From: Trypanosoma brucei
Taxonomy: Eukaryota
Direction of reading: 5' to 3'
DNA length: 64,000 bases
Assembly (NCBI GenBank): GCA_000002445.1
Contig: CH464491.1
Coordinates: 1,408,001-1,472,000 of the forward strand
Both the position numbers and the translations under genes were made by a program. This document shows, piece by piece, positions 30,901 to 40,384 of this stretch (the stretch's first letter is position 1; each line of letters starts with the position of its first letter). The notes under the pieces are model-generated. The model did no database searches. It was not told where the DNA came from and saw nothing but the letters and a program-made list of their open reading frames with translations.

Positions 30901-32853
30901 ATGCAGTTAGCTGAGGAACTAAAACAAAAAGGAAACGCGTGTTTTGCGAGTGGTGACGTGGATGGAGCAGTGGCCGCTTATCAGCACGCAATCAATTGCC
31001 TGACAAACGACGCAATACCCGACGATAGAAGCGGTGAGCAGTTGGACACCACTTCTGAGGTTGGGAGGATGTTGGCTGTTCTGTATTCAAACTTGAGTAA
31101 TGCCTACCTTTCGCAACACGATTATACCGGAAGCTGGGAGACTGCTGAAGAGGCGACGCGTTACGACCCTATTTTTGTGAAAGCATGGGTACGTTACATT
31201 CATGCACGGCGCCTGGACGGTTATCCCTTTGAGGCCTTTGTCGCCCTGCTACGGCACCTGCGGCCCTTGTTGCGGAGGGAGGCAGCCACATCTGGTGGTA
31301 AAACAAGTGAGGATGTGGAGGCCAGTCTTAGCCTACCGTTGTACGAAGTCTTGGGTCTCTCCGGTGTGTTGCCACATATTGAACTTCATGATTTTGAAAA
31401 TGGCATAGGAATTGTTGCTCTTCAACCAATAAAACCTAATGAGGTGATTTTGGTGGAGAAACGATTCGAAACGTCGTTCGCGGAGGTTCAGCTAAATTTT
31501 CGGAAAAATTTGACAACAACTAGGATTGTGTCAAGTTTTGCTCAAAAGGTTTTTGCACATCAACAGCGGTGCTCAGAGGAGTGGAAGCGCTTCAAGAAAG
31601 AATTCAAAGGCTGCTGGCCGCGCTCCCCCGAGGATGTGCCTGACGACGTGCGGCGGGAGATTAGCGGTACACTACGGCCAGAGCTGCCACCGATGGAAGA
31701 CAGGGACTTTGAGGAATTGTTCCTCGCATCCACCATGTGCCGCTACAACTGCTTCCACACTGGTTTTTTCCGTGCTTGTGCGCTGGCCAACCACAGTTGC
31801 ATGGCGAACGCGGCAATGAAGTTGAACTCAAGAGGTGACTCGGTGACGCTTATTGCTGTCCGCCCCATCGCTGCCGGCGAGTTCATCAATGTGAAGTACC
31901 TTAGCGATGCACAGTTTCTTATGGGAGTGGGAAAACGCAGGGAGTACCTTCGTTCGTGGCTCTTTTGGTGTGACTGTAGTCGATGCCTTAGCGACAGAAA
32001 CGGCTCATCTGTCAGTGAGCATGTGCAGTGCGGCCACTGTTACCGGTACACTTGCGTGCCACTGCGCGGAGATGGGGCGGAGAGTAAAGAAGTTGACCCA
32101 CTTCTCTCCCAAGTTGTGCCATGTTCTCATTGTGGCTTGGACTGCTCATGGTCACCCGAATCATGTGACGGTGTGGAGAGGATAATAGATTCGTTGAAGG
32201 AAGCGACATCTTGTCCATCGTATTATGAACTTCAGAAGTGGTTTCTGGTTAATGTTCGAAAAGTGAAGGAGCTTCGCGTGCACCCGGAGCACTGGCTGTA
32301 CCGCATGCTGCTCTACTACTTTTGTTTTGTTGTTACTCCTTACATAGATGATGCGTTCGTGGGTTACCAAAGGGTTGGGTGGGGGGCGCCTAATGTTGGC
32401 ATGTTGTTGCTCAACTTCGGGTTCTGCTCTGAATATAGTCTGCCCAGTGAAGGCGATTGTGGGACTGTGAGGTGCAATGATCCTAACACCGGTAATGTAA
32501 CCAACAATGGCTCTCATGACACCGATTCTATCATGGATGGAAAGGTACTTGGCGATACGCTATACATTCTTTGCTTACTGTGGCGGTTGATTGAACCGTT
32601 TTACCCACCATATGAAGGATGGGCGGTGCATCGCGCAATATGTTACATGGTGCTCTTTGCACACACCCATCCAAAAGGAGAAATGGTCTTACCTGGGTCC
32701 CTGACACTGCAGCTACTTAGCAAACATGGAAAATACATTGGAAGAAATGAATTATCTACGTGGGTTGCTGCGTATAGTCGTCACAAGCTACCAGACAGCC
32801 AAAAGGGGATACTAAGCGTTAGGCAAATTAAAAAGGCAGTCGAGAAGGTGTAA
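30901..32853 (+). CDS. TPR-SET domain protein (SET methyltransferase fold with N-terminal TPR and Cys-rich post-SET)
   Basis: TPR-like ELKQKGNACFASGDVDGAVAAYQHAI. SET motifs CRYNCFHTGFFRACALANHSCMANAAMKL (NHSC) and GEFINVKYL. Cys-rich post-SET WCDCSRC...CGHC...CSHCGLDC. Confidence 0.7.
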   Translation: MQLAEELKQKGNACFASGDVDGAVAAYQHAINCLTNDAIPDDRSGEQLDTTSEVGRMLAVLYSNLSNAYLSQHDYTGSWETAEEATRYDPIFVKAWVRYIHARRLDGYPFEAFVALLRHLRPLLRREAATSGGKTSEDVEASLSLPLYEVLGLSGVLPHIELHDFENGIGIVALQPIKPNEVILVEKRFETSFAEVQLNFRKNLTTTRIVSSFAQKVFAHQQRCSEEWKRFKKEFKGCWPRSPEDVPDDVRREISGTLRPELPPMEDRDFEELFLASTMCRYNCFHTGFFRACALANHSCMANAAMKLNSRGDSVTLIAVRPIAAGEFINVKYLSDAQFLMGVGKRREYLRSWLFWCDCSRCLSDRNGSSVSEHVQCGHCYRYTCVPLRGDGAESKEVDPLLSQVVPCSHCGLDCSWSPESCDGVERIIDSLKEATSCPSYYELQKWFLVNVRKVKELRVHPEHWLYRMLLYYFCFVVTPYIDDAFVGYQRVGWGAPNVGMLLLNFGFCSEYSLPSEGDCGTVRCNDPNTGNVTNNGSHDTDSIMDGKVLGDTLYILCLLWRLIEPFYPPYEGWAVHRAICYMVLFAHTHPKGEMVLPGSLTLQLLSKHGKYIGRNELSTWVAAYSRHKLPDSQKGILSVRQIKKAVEKV

Positions 32854-33974
32854 GGTACTTTCTCCATGAGAGCTAAAAAAAAAATCGCATATGTAAAAGT
32901 TTTTCCTTCTTGCTCTTTTGTACACATATACTTCTGTATGATATTAAGTGGACCCTAGTTTTCTGTTTTGTTTTATTTGTGAGAGATTCTCAACCAGATA
33001 TTTCAGTTTATCGCTACGTTACTGGTGTCGAGTAGTAGTTGTGGTGAAGCCGAAAAGTAAAATAACCCGAACTCTCCACCGTTATCAAGTAATAATAGTG
33101 GTAATAATTACAATTCTCTCACTCTGATTTTTTTAAACTTTATCCCCCGCTTGATGTACTGTGGTTCCTTTCCCACTTATCATTTTCTTCCTCCATTTTC
33201 CGTTTCTTATGTTTTTTTCTTTTTGATTACTTGTGTTGTTCTTAATTTTGTTGGTACCAAACTACACATCATGTTGTGCGGTCGCGAAAATATATGAGTT
33301 TGCGTATCTGTATGTGCTGTTGCCTCGGCCTGGGGATGGACCATCCTCCTTTCTTTCAGCCCCCCTCTGCAGCGAGCTTTGGTCCTGCACACATGAATTA
33401 AAGAGAGCGAAATGAATGGGGAACAAAAAAAATAATAATAAAAGGTACATGGTGGCGTCTATGTGTTAGGCCACTGCGCTATCATTGATTGCACGGAGGA
33501 TGGTGAATTTTTTTTTTTGGTGCGGAGTTGTGTTGTTGAGTTGTCACACTCTGCGATCACTTCCGTGTGTTATGAAGTTTGCCCGCTTTTTCGCCTGCTC
33601 TGCTACCTGGGCATTCTTCAGTTGGACTCGTTCGCGTTGTGGCTGCGTGCTCTGATGTGGCTGCGTGTAATAGTCGTAATATGCTCGTGTAGTGATTCTG
33701 ACTAATCACGTTTCTTATACTGATACATTTTTTCTTTTCTTTTCAACATTGAGCCATACTCCGTGTATGGCGGTTACCTTTTATACAATAACTGGATACA
33801 TTCATTTCACTTTTCTCTCTTATTTGCTGACGCCTTTTTCGACGCCCCGGGCGAAGCTATGCGGTCACCATGGTATTGTTATGTGCCAGCGTTACGTTAT
33901 TAGAGGAAACCCATGCATAGGTTATAAGTTTTGCTTGTAATCATCACCTCCTTCTCTGCTCCCTACTGCCATCG

Positions 33975-34011
33975 TCTCTCCAATTTTTTCTTTTTTCTTC
34001 TTCTTATTTTT
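33975..34011 (+). promoter_or_regulatory. polypyrimidine tract + AG: candidate trans-splice acceptor
   Basis: ttttttcttttttcttcttcttattttttttttgaAG lies 37 nt upstream of ATG 34048. This supports the shorter gene start. Confidence 0.45.
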
Positions 34012-34047
34012 TTTTTGAAGGCGCTGGAAGTTGGTGCGGGAAATCTG

Positions 34048-35883
34048 ATGGTGGAACTTACAGTGTACGAAGGTCATGATGTTTTTCTCCAGAACGCCGT
34101 GCGGTTGCACATTCCTTGCAAGGTTGATACGATTGAAGGACTTCTGTCACTAGTTGGTAGGGCAGTAGCATCCTCCCCTGGAGGCCCTTCAGCGGCAAGG
34201 AGGTATCGTTTTGTTTACTCGTTAGATGGCTCGCCTTTGAGGAGCGTCGATGAATGCCTTGAGGTGGGAACGGTGATCGTAAGCTGCACGCCTGGGTTTC
34301 AAAAACGCAAACATCATGTCGAGTCACCGTCCAACCCGGTACTTGACTTGCTCAACAGGAAAGGGTATGAAACATATAGTGCTGCGGAGAGCCGAGGCTT
34401 GTCCGCCACTCCTCCATCCCACGACGGTTTCGTGCCGATTTCTTTCCAACAACATTCAGTTTCTCGCGCATCCCCAAAATATGTTTTCTGCGATAGTAAT
34501 CCTGGGCCTATTCCCAATTTTTCGTCAATTGGGGGAGCTTCCGTGGAATGGGGTGGAGTGTCCTGCCGTGTTGGGGATGAGAGGATTGTTCTTCCACCAA
34601 CACCCAGTTTTGACGTACCGTTTCCCGACATGAATTTAGACATATCGCACGCTGAACGCGTCGCTGCTGTGAAAACGCTGATAACACTGAAACTGTGCGG
34701 GCGTTCCTTCTTGAATGACGAACTTCTTTTCGAAAAAGAGCTTGAGGAGGTATTTCGACCTATTGTTGCAGAACAGGCCTCGTGTCCATCGTGGAGGGAT
34801 CAGACTTTAGATCGACCTCCCCCTCATGTAGTGGTGGATGGCCCCCCAAAAAGTGGTGTTTCGACTTCCCTGGCGTATTACAGTTCCATGCTGGTCTCGT
34901 CGGCGGCGAGTCGGTATGCCACATTTCTGATATTGCCGCTGAACTTTGAGCTTCTATTTGACGGATCGTTGGGCATTTCATCTTACAGTGCAAATCGTCA
35001 TTTGAGGGGGAGTAAAAGTGCAAATTATAATGATGCAAGAACTCAGTCACTACTTTTGGACGTTCCGTTCTTCTATATGACAGTAGTTCGTGCTCTCATA
35101 GACTCTGTTGTTGCTCAACGCCCTAGTGTGCGTAACTGTTCCACGGCACTTGTGGAAATGTGGGAACAACTTATCAAAACAACCGCAGGCAGCGGGGTTC
35201 GTTTGAACACATGCGAGGTCGCGCACGCCGTTGGGCACTCTGCGCTTTATAGATGGGAGACATTTGCCGCCCCTGCTTCCCAGATACTGAGGGCTGCCAA
35301 ATTGAACCCACGCGACATGAAACTACGTGATGCCGTGTTGGAATTAGTGCTAGTGGAGCTCGTAGCGCAGGTCGCTTCAGCACTTCACTTTTCCGGTGTT
35401 GTGTATGTGGTTGACGGACTGCGGCCGCTTGCACGTTCGTTGTGCGACCGATTGAGGCGACCGGGTGGAGATGCAGCTGTTTTCCTGGACCGAGTTGCAC
35501 AACGGTCATGGGTTCATCTTGCCGTTGGTGTTGATTCCCTTTCGACCCAGGTGTTAGAATCCGCTCTGCTTACTCGGGTGCGCCGCGTCAAACTTCTCCG
35601 TATGCTTTCCGTGGAATATGTAACGAAGATGTACGGGTTCCCCAAGGCTATACACTGTGGCAGCAATAAGTATCCACTTGAGATGTTTCTTGGAACACCT
35701 GGTTACCTGCGAATGGTGCACGACCTTCTGCGCTCGTGTGAAGGTCGTAAGGCTCACAAGGGAGATTCGGACGGTTACGCTGTTCGGATTGAAGATTTGG
35801 ATGTCTCTAACGCCCTGCTGGAATTTGAAGCGGTGCGAAAGTTGGGACAGGATACGCAAAAAGAAATGTGGTCATTGTCGTGA
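34048..35883 (+). CDS. hypothetical protein with a possible N-terminal doublecortin/ubiquitin-like domain; the track ORF 33931.. reads through the upstream polyY tract
   Basis: N-terminus MVELTVYEGHDVFLQNAVRLHIPCKVDTIEGLLSLV...RRYRFVYSLDGSPLRSVDECLEVGTVIVSCTPGF resembles the DCX-domain pattern. PolyY + AG at 33975-34011 lies just upstream of the ATG. Confidence 0.5.
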   Translation: MVELTVYEGHDVFLQNAVRLHIPCKVDTIEGLLSLVGRAVASSPGGPSAARRYRFVYSLDGSPLRSVDECLEVGTVIVSCTPGFQKRKHHVESPSNPVLDLLNRKGYETYSAAESRGLSATPPSHDGFVPISFQQHSVSRASPKYVFCDSNPGPIPNFSSIGGASVEWGGVSCRVGDERIVLPPTPSFDVPFPDMNLDISHAERVAAVKTLITLKLCGRSFLNDELLFEKELEEVFRPIVAEQASCPSWRDQTLDRPPPHVVVDGPPKSGVSTSLAYYSSMLVSSAASRYATFLILPLNFELLFDGSLGISSYSANRHLRGSKSANYNDARTQSLLLDVPFFYMTVVRALIDSVVAQRPSVRNCSTALVEMWEQLIKTTAGSGVRLNTCEVAHAVGHSALYRWETFAAPASQILRAAKLNPRDMKLRDAVLELVLVELVAQVASALHFSGVVYVVDGLRPLARSLCDRLRRPGGDAAVFLDRVAQRSWVHLAVGVDSLSTQVLESALLTRVRRVKLLRMLSVEYVTKMYGFPKAIHCGSNKYPLEMFLGTPGYLRMVHDLLRSCEGRKAHKGDSDGYAVRIEDLDVSNALLEFEAVRKLGQDTQKEMWSLS

Positions 35884-36473
35884 TGTGTGACATTCTCTTC
35901 TTTTATCCATGTTCGGTTAACTCATTTGAGTATCCAATATCTGCGTTACTTTCCACCACACCTTGCGTACGAGCCGTTGCTACAATACCTACGTATGATA
36001 CGTTGCCATAGATGTTGTTGATGAAGATTTTTAAAATATATATTCGCTTCCTTTTGGGCTCATATATCGCCTTCTTAGTTGTTTTTTTTTTTAAAAGACA
36101 TTTCCCTTTGCTTTCTTTACCTCCTTTCTGCCTCAACTGTTCTTACCATCACTTTCGCATTGGACGTGCATGGTCACGATGTTGATGATGGACTCGTGTG
36201 TTTTCTGTGCTACCGGGATTGTCTCGAAGCGCCACTAAGATTACTTGTTATATCCATCATTAATTTGCTTCTTTTCTCCCCGAGCGTTTGTATCAAAAGA
36301 GTTTCAAAGAGGTCAAAAAGAAAGCACCGGCAGGCTATAAGCGTATCGTTTCGCCGCGAAGTGAAGGGCAATATACACCAGGGTGCAGATAAACCTACCT
36401 GTATACTAGCTTTTGCTATCGGTGTGAGCTTTGCATCGTGCGGGAATAATCTCCTCGCTGCTGTTTGTTCCAT

Positions 36474-37403
36474 ATGCCCAGTTGGTGTCTTATTGAAAGC
36501 GATCCAGCGGTTTTCACGGAGCTTATCCAACGGTTCGGCGCCCAAGGCGTGGCCGTTGAGGAAATCGTACAGCTTGAGCAGGAGTATCTACGCGTCCACA
36601 CTAATGTCTACGGTCTGATTCTTCTTTTCAAATGGAAAGCAAGGAAGGAAGGTGCTGCGACTGATGGTGTAGTCGTTCCAGATGCCCCTGTATTTTTCGT
36701 CCAGCAGACTGTTAACAACGCCTGTGCCACGCTTTCCATCGTGAATATTCTCCTGAACCACAAGGAGAGTATTGAACTTGGGGAGGTGTTAGGCAATTTT
36801 CTCTCCTTCACCCAGGACATGAATCCGTATCTTCGAGGCACGCAAGTGGGCGAGTGTGATGCCCTTCGTGAGGCTCACAACTCTTTTGCGCCGGTGGAAC
36901 TCTTCTCTTTAGACCATAGTGTGCCTGATGCAGGCGATGCATACCACTTTGTTTCGTTTGTGTACAAGAACAGTGCCATATGGGAACTAGATGGGCTTCA
37001 GGAGGGACCTATTCTCGCCTCCGATGCTAGTGATGAGAACTACAGGGACAAACTGATGGAAGTTGTGCGGAAACGCATCAGGGATCACAGCGCTGAGGAC
37101 ACGACAGGAGCTGGGCAGGGGATTTCCTTCTCTCTCATGGCTGTGGTTGATGATCCCCTTGTATTGTTGGAGAGGAGAATATACGAAGCGACACTACAGG
37201 AGGCCCCCACGCATTATTTGGAGGAGCAGTTGAATCAACTGACGAAACAGCGTGCGCGTGAAAAACTCGAAAACCAGCGCAGGCGTCATAATTACGTTCC
37301 TATGATCGTGGAGTTGTTGAAGGCACTCGCTGAGAAGGGGCAGTTGAAGGGGATCTTGGACGATGCGCTCGCAAAAAAAAGTGGTCAAGGGGCTAAGCAG
37401 TAG
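36474..37403 (+). CDS. UCHL5: ubiquitin C-terminal hydrolase UCH-L5/UCH37 (peptidase C12) with C-terminal ULD extension; track start 36465 is TTG
   Basis: MPSWCLIESDPAVFTELIQRFG, active-site region QTVNNACATLSIVNILLN, HNSFA, AYHFVSFV, WELDGLQEGPI and C-terminal RRRHNYVPMIVELLKALAEKGQL align closely with human UCHL5. Confidence 0.9.
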   Translation: MPSWCLIESDPAVFTELIQRFGAQGVAVEEIVQLEQEYLRVHTNVYGLILLFKWKARKEGAATDGVVVPDAPVFFVQQTVNNACATLSIVNILLNHKESIELGEVLGNFLSFTQDMNPYLRGTQVGECDALREAHNSFAPVELFSLDHSVPDAGDAYHFVSFVYKNSAIWELDGLQEGPILASDASDENYRDKLMEVVRKRIRDHSAEDTTGAGQGISFSLMAVVDDPLVLLERRIYEATLQEAPTHYLEEQLNQLTKQRAREKLENQRRRHNYVPMIVELLKALAEKGQLKGILDDALAKKSGQGAKQ

Positions 37404-37770
37404 AGCGACATGTGGAGATTCCAAATACATCCAACATAACACGAATTTATGTGCCCGGATGTCATTGGCATAACTTCTTAGCCCTTAGAGAGAAAAAAGA
37501 AAGAAGACTGAGGAGGGAGGATAAGTTGTTCTGGAGGACGACAAGCAGCCGGTAAGGGCAAATCGGTGCTATCTTTGCATATATATGCGTGATTGTTTGT
37601 GCCACTAGGGATAAATTAAAAATAGTGTATAATACTGTTTATTTACCGATGTTTCCCTGTTTCCATCGTCCCTTTGTGTCACGCTTTCCATCTCCATCGT
37701 GTTTGTTTTGCAACCTACTTGGTGAGGTAGTTTCGCAGCCTGAGTCTGTGAGGTATCTTGTGTCGAAGAA

Positions 37771-39357
37771 ATGGATAAGGCATTGTGTACCTCTCTGAGT
37801 TGCCAGTCGCGCCCAAAGCGATGCCGTGGGAGTGACAACCCACAATTTGGCACTAGCTTTTCATCAGGAAGCAACGTCCCTGAGATGTCTTTGTTGTCCA
37901 GCGCTGTGCAGCAGGCTGTTGAGAAGGTGTTTTCGGAACATGCTAGTGATGTGGGCTCGGAATTGTTGAGCGATGAAATTTTTACTTCATCAGTGTGTAG
38001 GGCAATATTACCTTCAGAGGACGGAGCGAAGCCACTGAGTGATCAGGAATTACAGCAGAGGGTTCGTTCGTGTTTGGAGGTTGTCCTTGCGGGAAAGGTG
38101 GATGAAGAGAGGCAGTTACTAGTTTCCGAGGCACTTACGCACCAGTTAGCGGAGGTACTGCTCAAAGCACCTCCTTTGATCGCTGCGACTGGGGTGTCAC
38201 AGGAGGAAAACGTGCAGCCGGATGTCAAACGCGTACGTTCAGTGTTTGCGGGCTCTTCCATGTCCACAGTGAGAGTAGGTGTGGCACCCGTGGGGAAGGT
38301 GAATTCCTCAGGGTCCCTGTTGCCGCCACCGGCGCCGCTTTCGAGCGTTTTTTCGGGGAGTGCTGTTTATCCTGTTCGCGTTGTCGCGTTCCACAATTTG
38401 CCCTCGAAGTACTGCGAAAAGGAGGCACTAAAGGAACAGCTCGCCGAGATATGCGCTCGAATACCCCATTCATACTATCTGAACGTCCACTGCGTCCAAT
38501 CTGAACACAAAGCTATTGCCTCATTTGGTACGAAAGAGGCGGCTGCTGCGGTGGCATTTATAGTCAACACATCAGGCATACATGCCCCACAGACGGACGG
38601 CAAGGATGCGGGCGCACCGACTGTTTCTGCACAACCGGCGACTGAAGAAGAGCAGGAGGCGGTGTGGGCCCCTCTTGTCGAGCAAGTGAAGGCATTGGAG
38701 GAGAGTTGGTCCTCTTGGGACGAAAAGTTTCGGGCAAACCCGCCATATAAACTTTATCAGGAGTGGGTGGAAGCGAAAAACAGAGGTGTTGGCCTGGACG
38801 AGGCCCTGCAGCAACTTACCGCTACCAATAAAGTTAGTGAGGGACAGGTGACAGACACTGCTAGTTACGGAGTAGTTGAGAGCGGCACCGCTACCGTGGG
38901 TTTAACACAAGAAGGTTTGCAGAAGAAGTTGGTGCTTCTTCAGGGTCGGCTGGAGTGTAAAAAAATTATCGAGCGGACTGAAGAATGCATGAGGGAGTTA
39001 CTTGGGGACACATTTAGTGGAAGCCTTGAACGCGCTTGTTCTGGACCCACGCACTCCACTAGTAGTGCAACACTATCAAATCCACGTAAGGCTCTCTTCA
39101 TCTATGACCTGCCGCGACCCTTCGATGACGTTGAGTTGGTGCGATTTCTTCAATATGTTGGCGTAGAACCTGTCCACATTTGGCGAAATTCGGCAGTACC
39201 AACAACAGTTTGTGTCGAACTACCGTCCATCGGTCGGGTATTTACAGTCCTTCGGCAACTGGATGGCACTAACATGAAATTCGCAGGCGCAACCTTCTCC
39301 CGTAAATACGCCTCCACCCCTCAAAACGCGTCTTCCTGTCCATTAACAGTGACATAA
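37771..39357 (+). CDS. hypothetical protein with a C-terminal RRM-like fold
   Basis: ATG start. C-terminus KALFIYDLPRPFDDVELVRFLQYVGVEPVHIWRN...VCVELPSIGRVFTVLRQLDGTNMKFAGATFS resembles an RNA-recognition-motif pattern. Confidence 0.45.
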   Translation: MDKALCTSLSCQSRPKRCRGSDNPQFGTSFSSGSNVPEMSLLSSAVQQAVEKVFSEHASDVGSELLSDEIFTSSVCRAILPSEDGAKPLSDQELQQRVRSCLEVVLAGKVDEERQLLVSEALTHQLAEVLLKAPPLIAATGVSQEENVQPDVKRVRSVFAGSSMSTVRVGVAPVGKVNSSGSLLPPPAPLSSVFSGSAVYPVRVVAFHNLPSKYCEKEALKEQLAEICARIPHSYYLNVHCVQSEHKAIASFGTKEAAAAVAFIVNTSGIHAPQTDGKDAGAPTVSAQPATEEEQEAVWAPLVEQVKALEESWSSWDEKFRANPPYKLYQEWVEAKNRGVGLDEALQQLTATNKVSEGQVTDTASYGVVESGTATVGLTQEGLQKKLVLLQGRLECKKIIERTEECMRELLGDTFSGSLERACSGPTHSTSSATLSNPRKALFIYDLPRPFDDVELVRFLQYVGVEPVHIWRNSAVPTTVCVELPSIGRVFTVLRQLDGTNMKFAGATFSRKYASTPQNASSCPLTVT

Positions 39358-39700
39358 CTACCCGATTCATAACTGTCGCCTTTTTGTCCAAGCACAAAAG
39401 TTCTGCTGTTACTCATCTCGTTTAAGAGGTTGCTACTGCCGTAATCTCTTGACTACCTGCTTTCTTTTCCTCTCCTAACGCGGCAGAAGCAGTGTTGGTG
39501 TAGAAGGTTGCAGAGAGGTGCATGCGAGGTGGAACGAAAGTTAAGATGCTGTTGCGTCTGTTGGTATTACCCTTGGTGTTGGTGGACTACGTTATTTCTC
39601 ACGTCTTACTTACCCACAGGGCCAAATGTCGGAGGCGGCGATGTGACAAATAGGTTTTCTGGGGTGAGATGGTACTTGAAGAAAGCAAAAGTTGTATATG

Positions 39701-39725
39701 ATATATATATATATATATATATATA
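39701..39725 (+). repeat. (AT)12 microsatellite
   Basis: tgatatatatatatatatatatatatatag. Confidence 0.9.
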
Positions 39726-40384
39726 GGTGAAAAAGAAAGGGGTATCGGAACAGGAATGATCGGTTTATTCACATCTTTCTGCATTGTGTTGTGCTTGTGC
39801 GTAATCATTTTTTTTTTTGAAACTAGCAACTCCAATGGTTGGCTCGAGGCTTTTTGTTCGTGCCATCCTTTGGTATCCCTTACTTTGCTAGAAAATGTTC
39901 CGCATATTGCTTCATGTTTCTTTTTAACGTTTTCCCACGACCTTTTCCTTTTCTTGTGTCTTTATTTTCTTCAACAATGTGTTTGTTTGTGTGTCTTGTT
40001 TAATAGATGGACCTGTATACAGGTGTATAGAAGCCACCATTAACCACACATTACTTGGTTGTTGCGCAAGAGGAATACAAGACGCAACCTCTTTTGCGGC
40101 GGCGACTAGTGCTGTTGCAGGGCTTTCCGCCCTTGGAAGTGACAAAACGATTTGGTGGTTGCGCTTTGGGGACCGGATGTGGAGCACCCGACAAACCTGG
40201 AAATTATAAACGTAATGATCGACCAAGTTTCGCTCTTCCACACGATTCCATACTTCGAACAAGGCGGTGGCTTAGCGTTGTTTGTAACCGTCACGTACTG
40301 GAACGCGAGGGTTACGTTGACTCAGTGCGTGAGTTGGGTGCATTCATAGTTTGCTCGGCTTATTGTGCCGACGATACAGCTTGT

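Noticed and set aside
40055-40384. 5' extension of the 1036-aa ORF from the track (TTG start); similar extensions occur at 4893, 16232, 29099, 36465, 43519, 45012 and 52657
   Set aside because: The track start codons are TTG/GTG, not ATG. Trypanosomatid nuclear genes use ATG, so I set the starts to the first in-frame ATG. True starts still need SL-site data.
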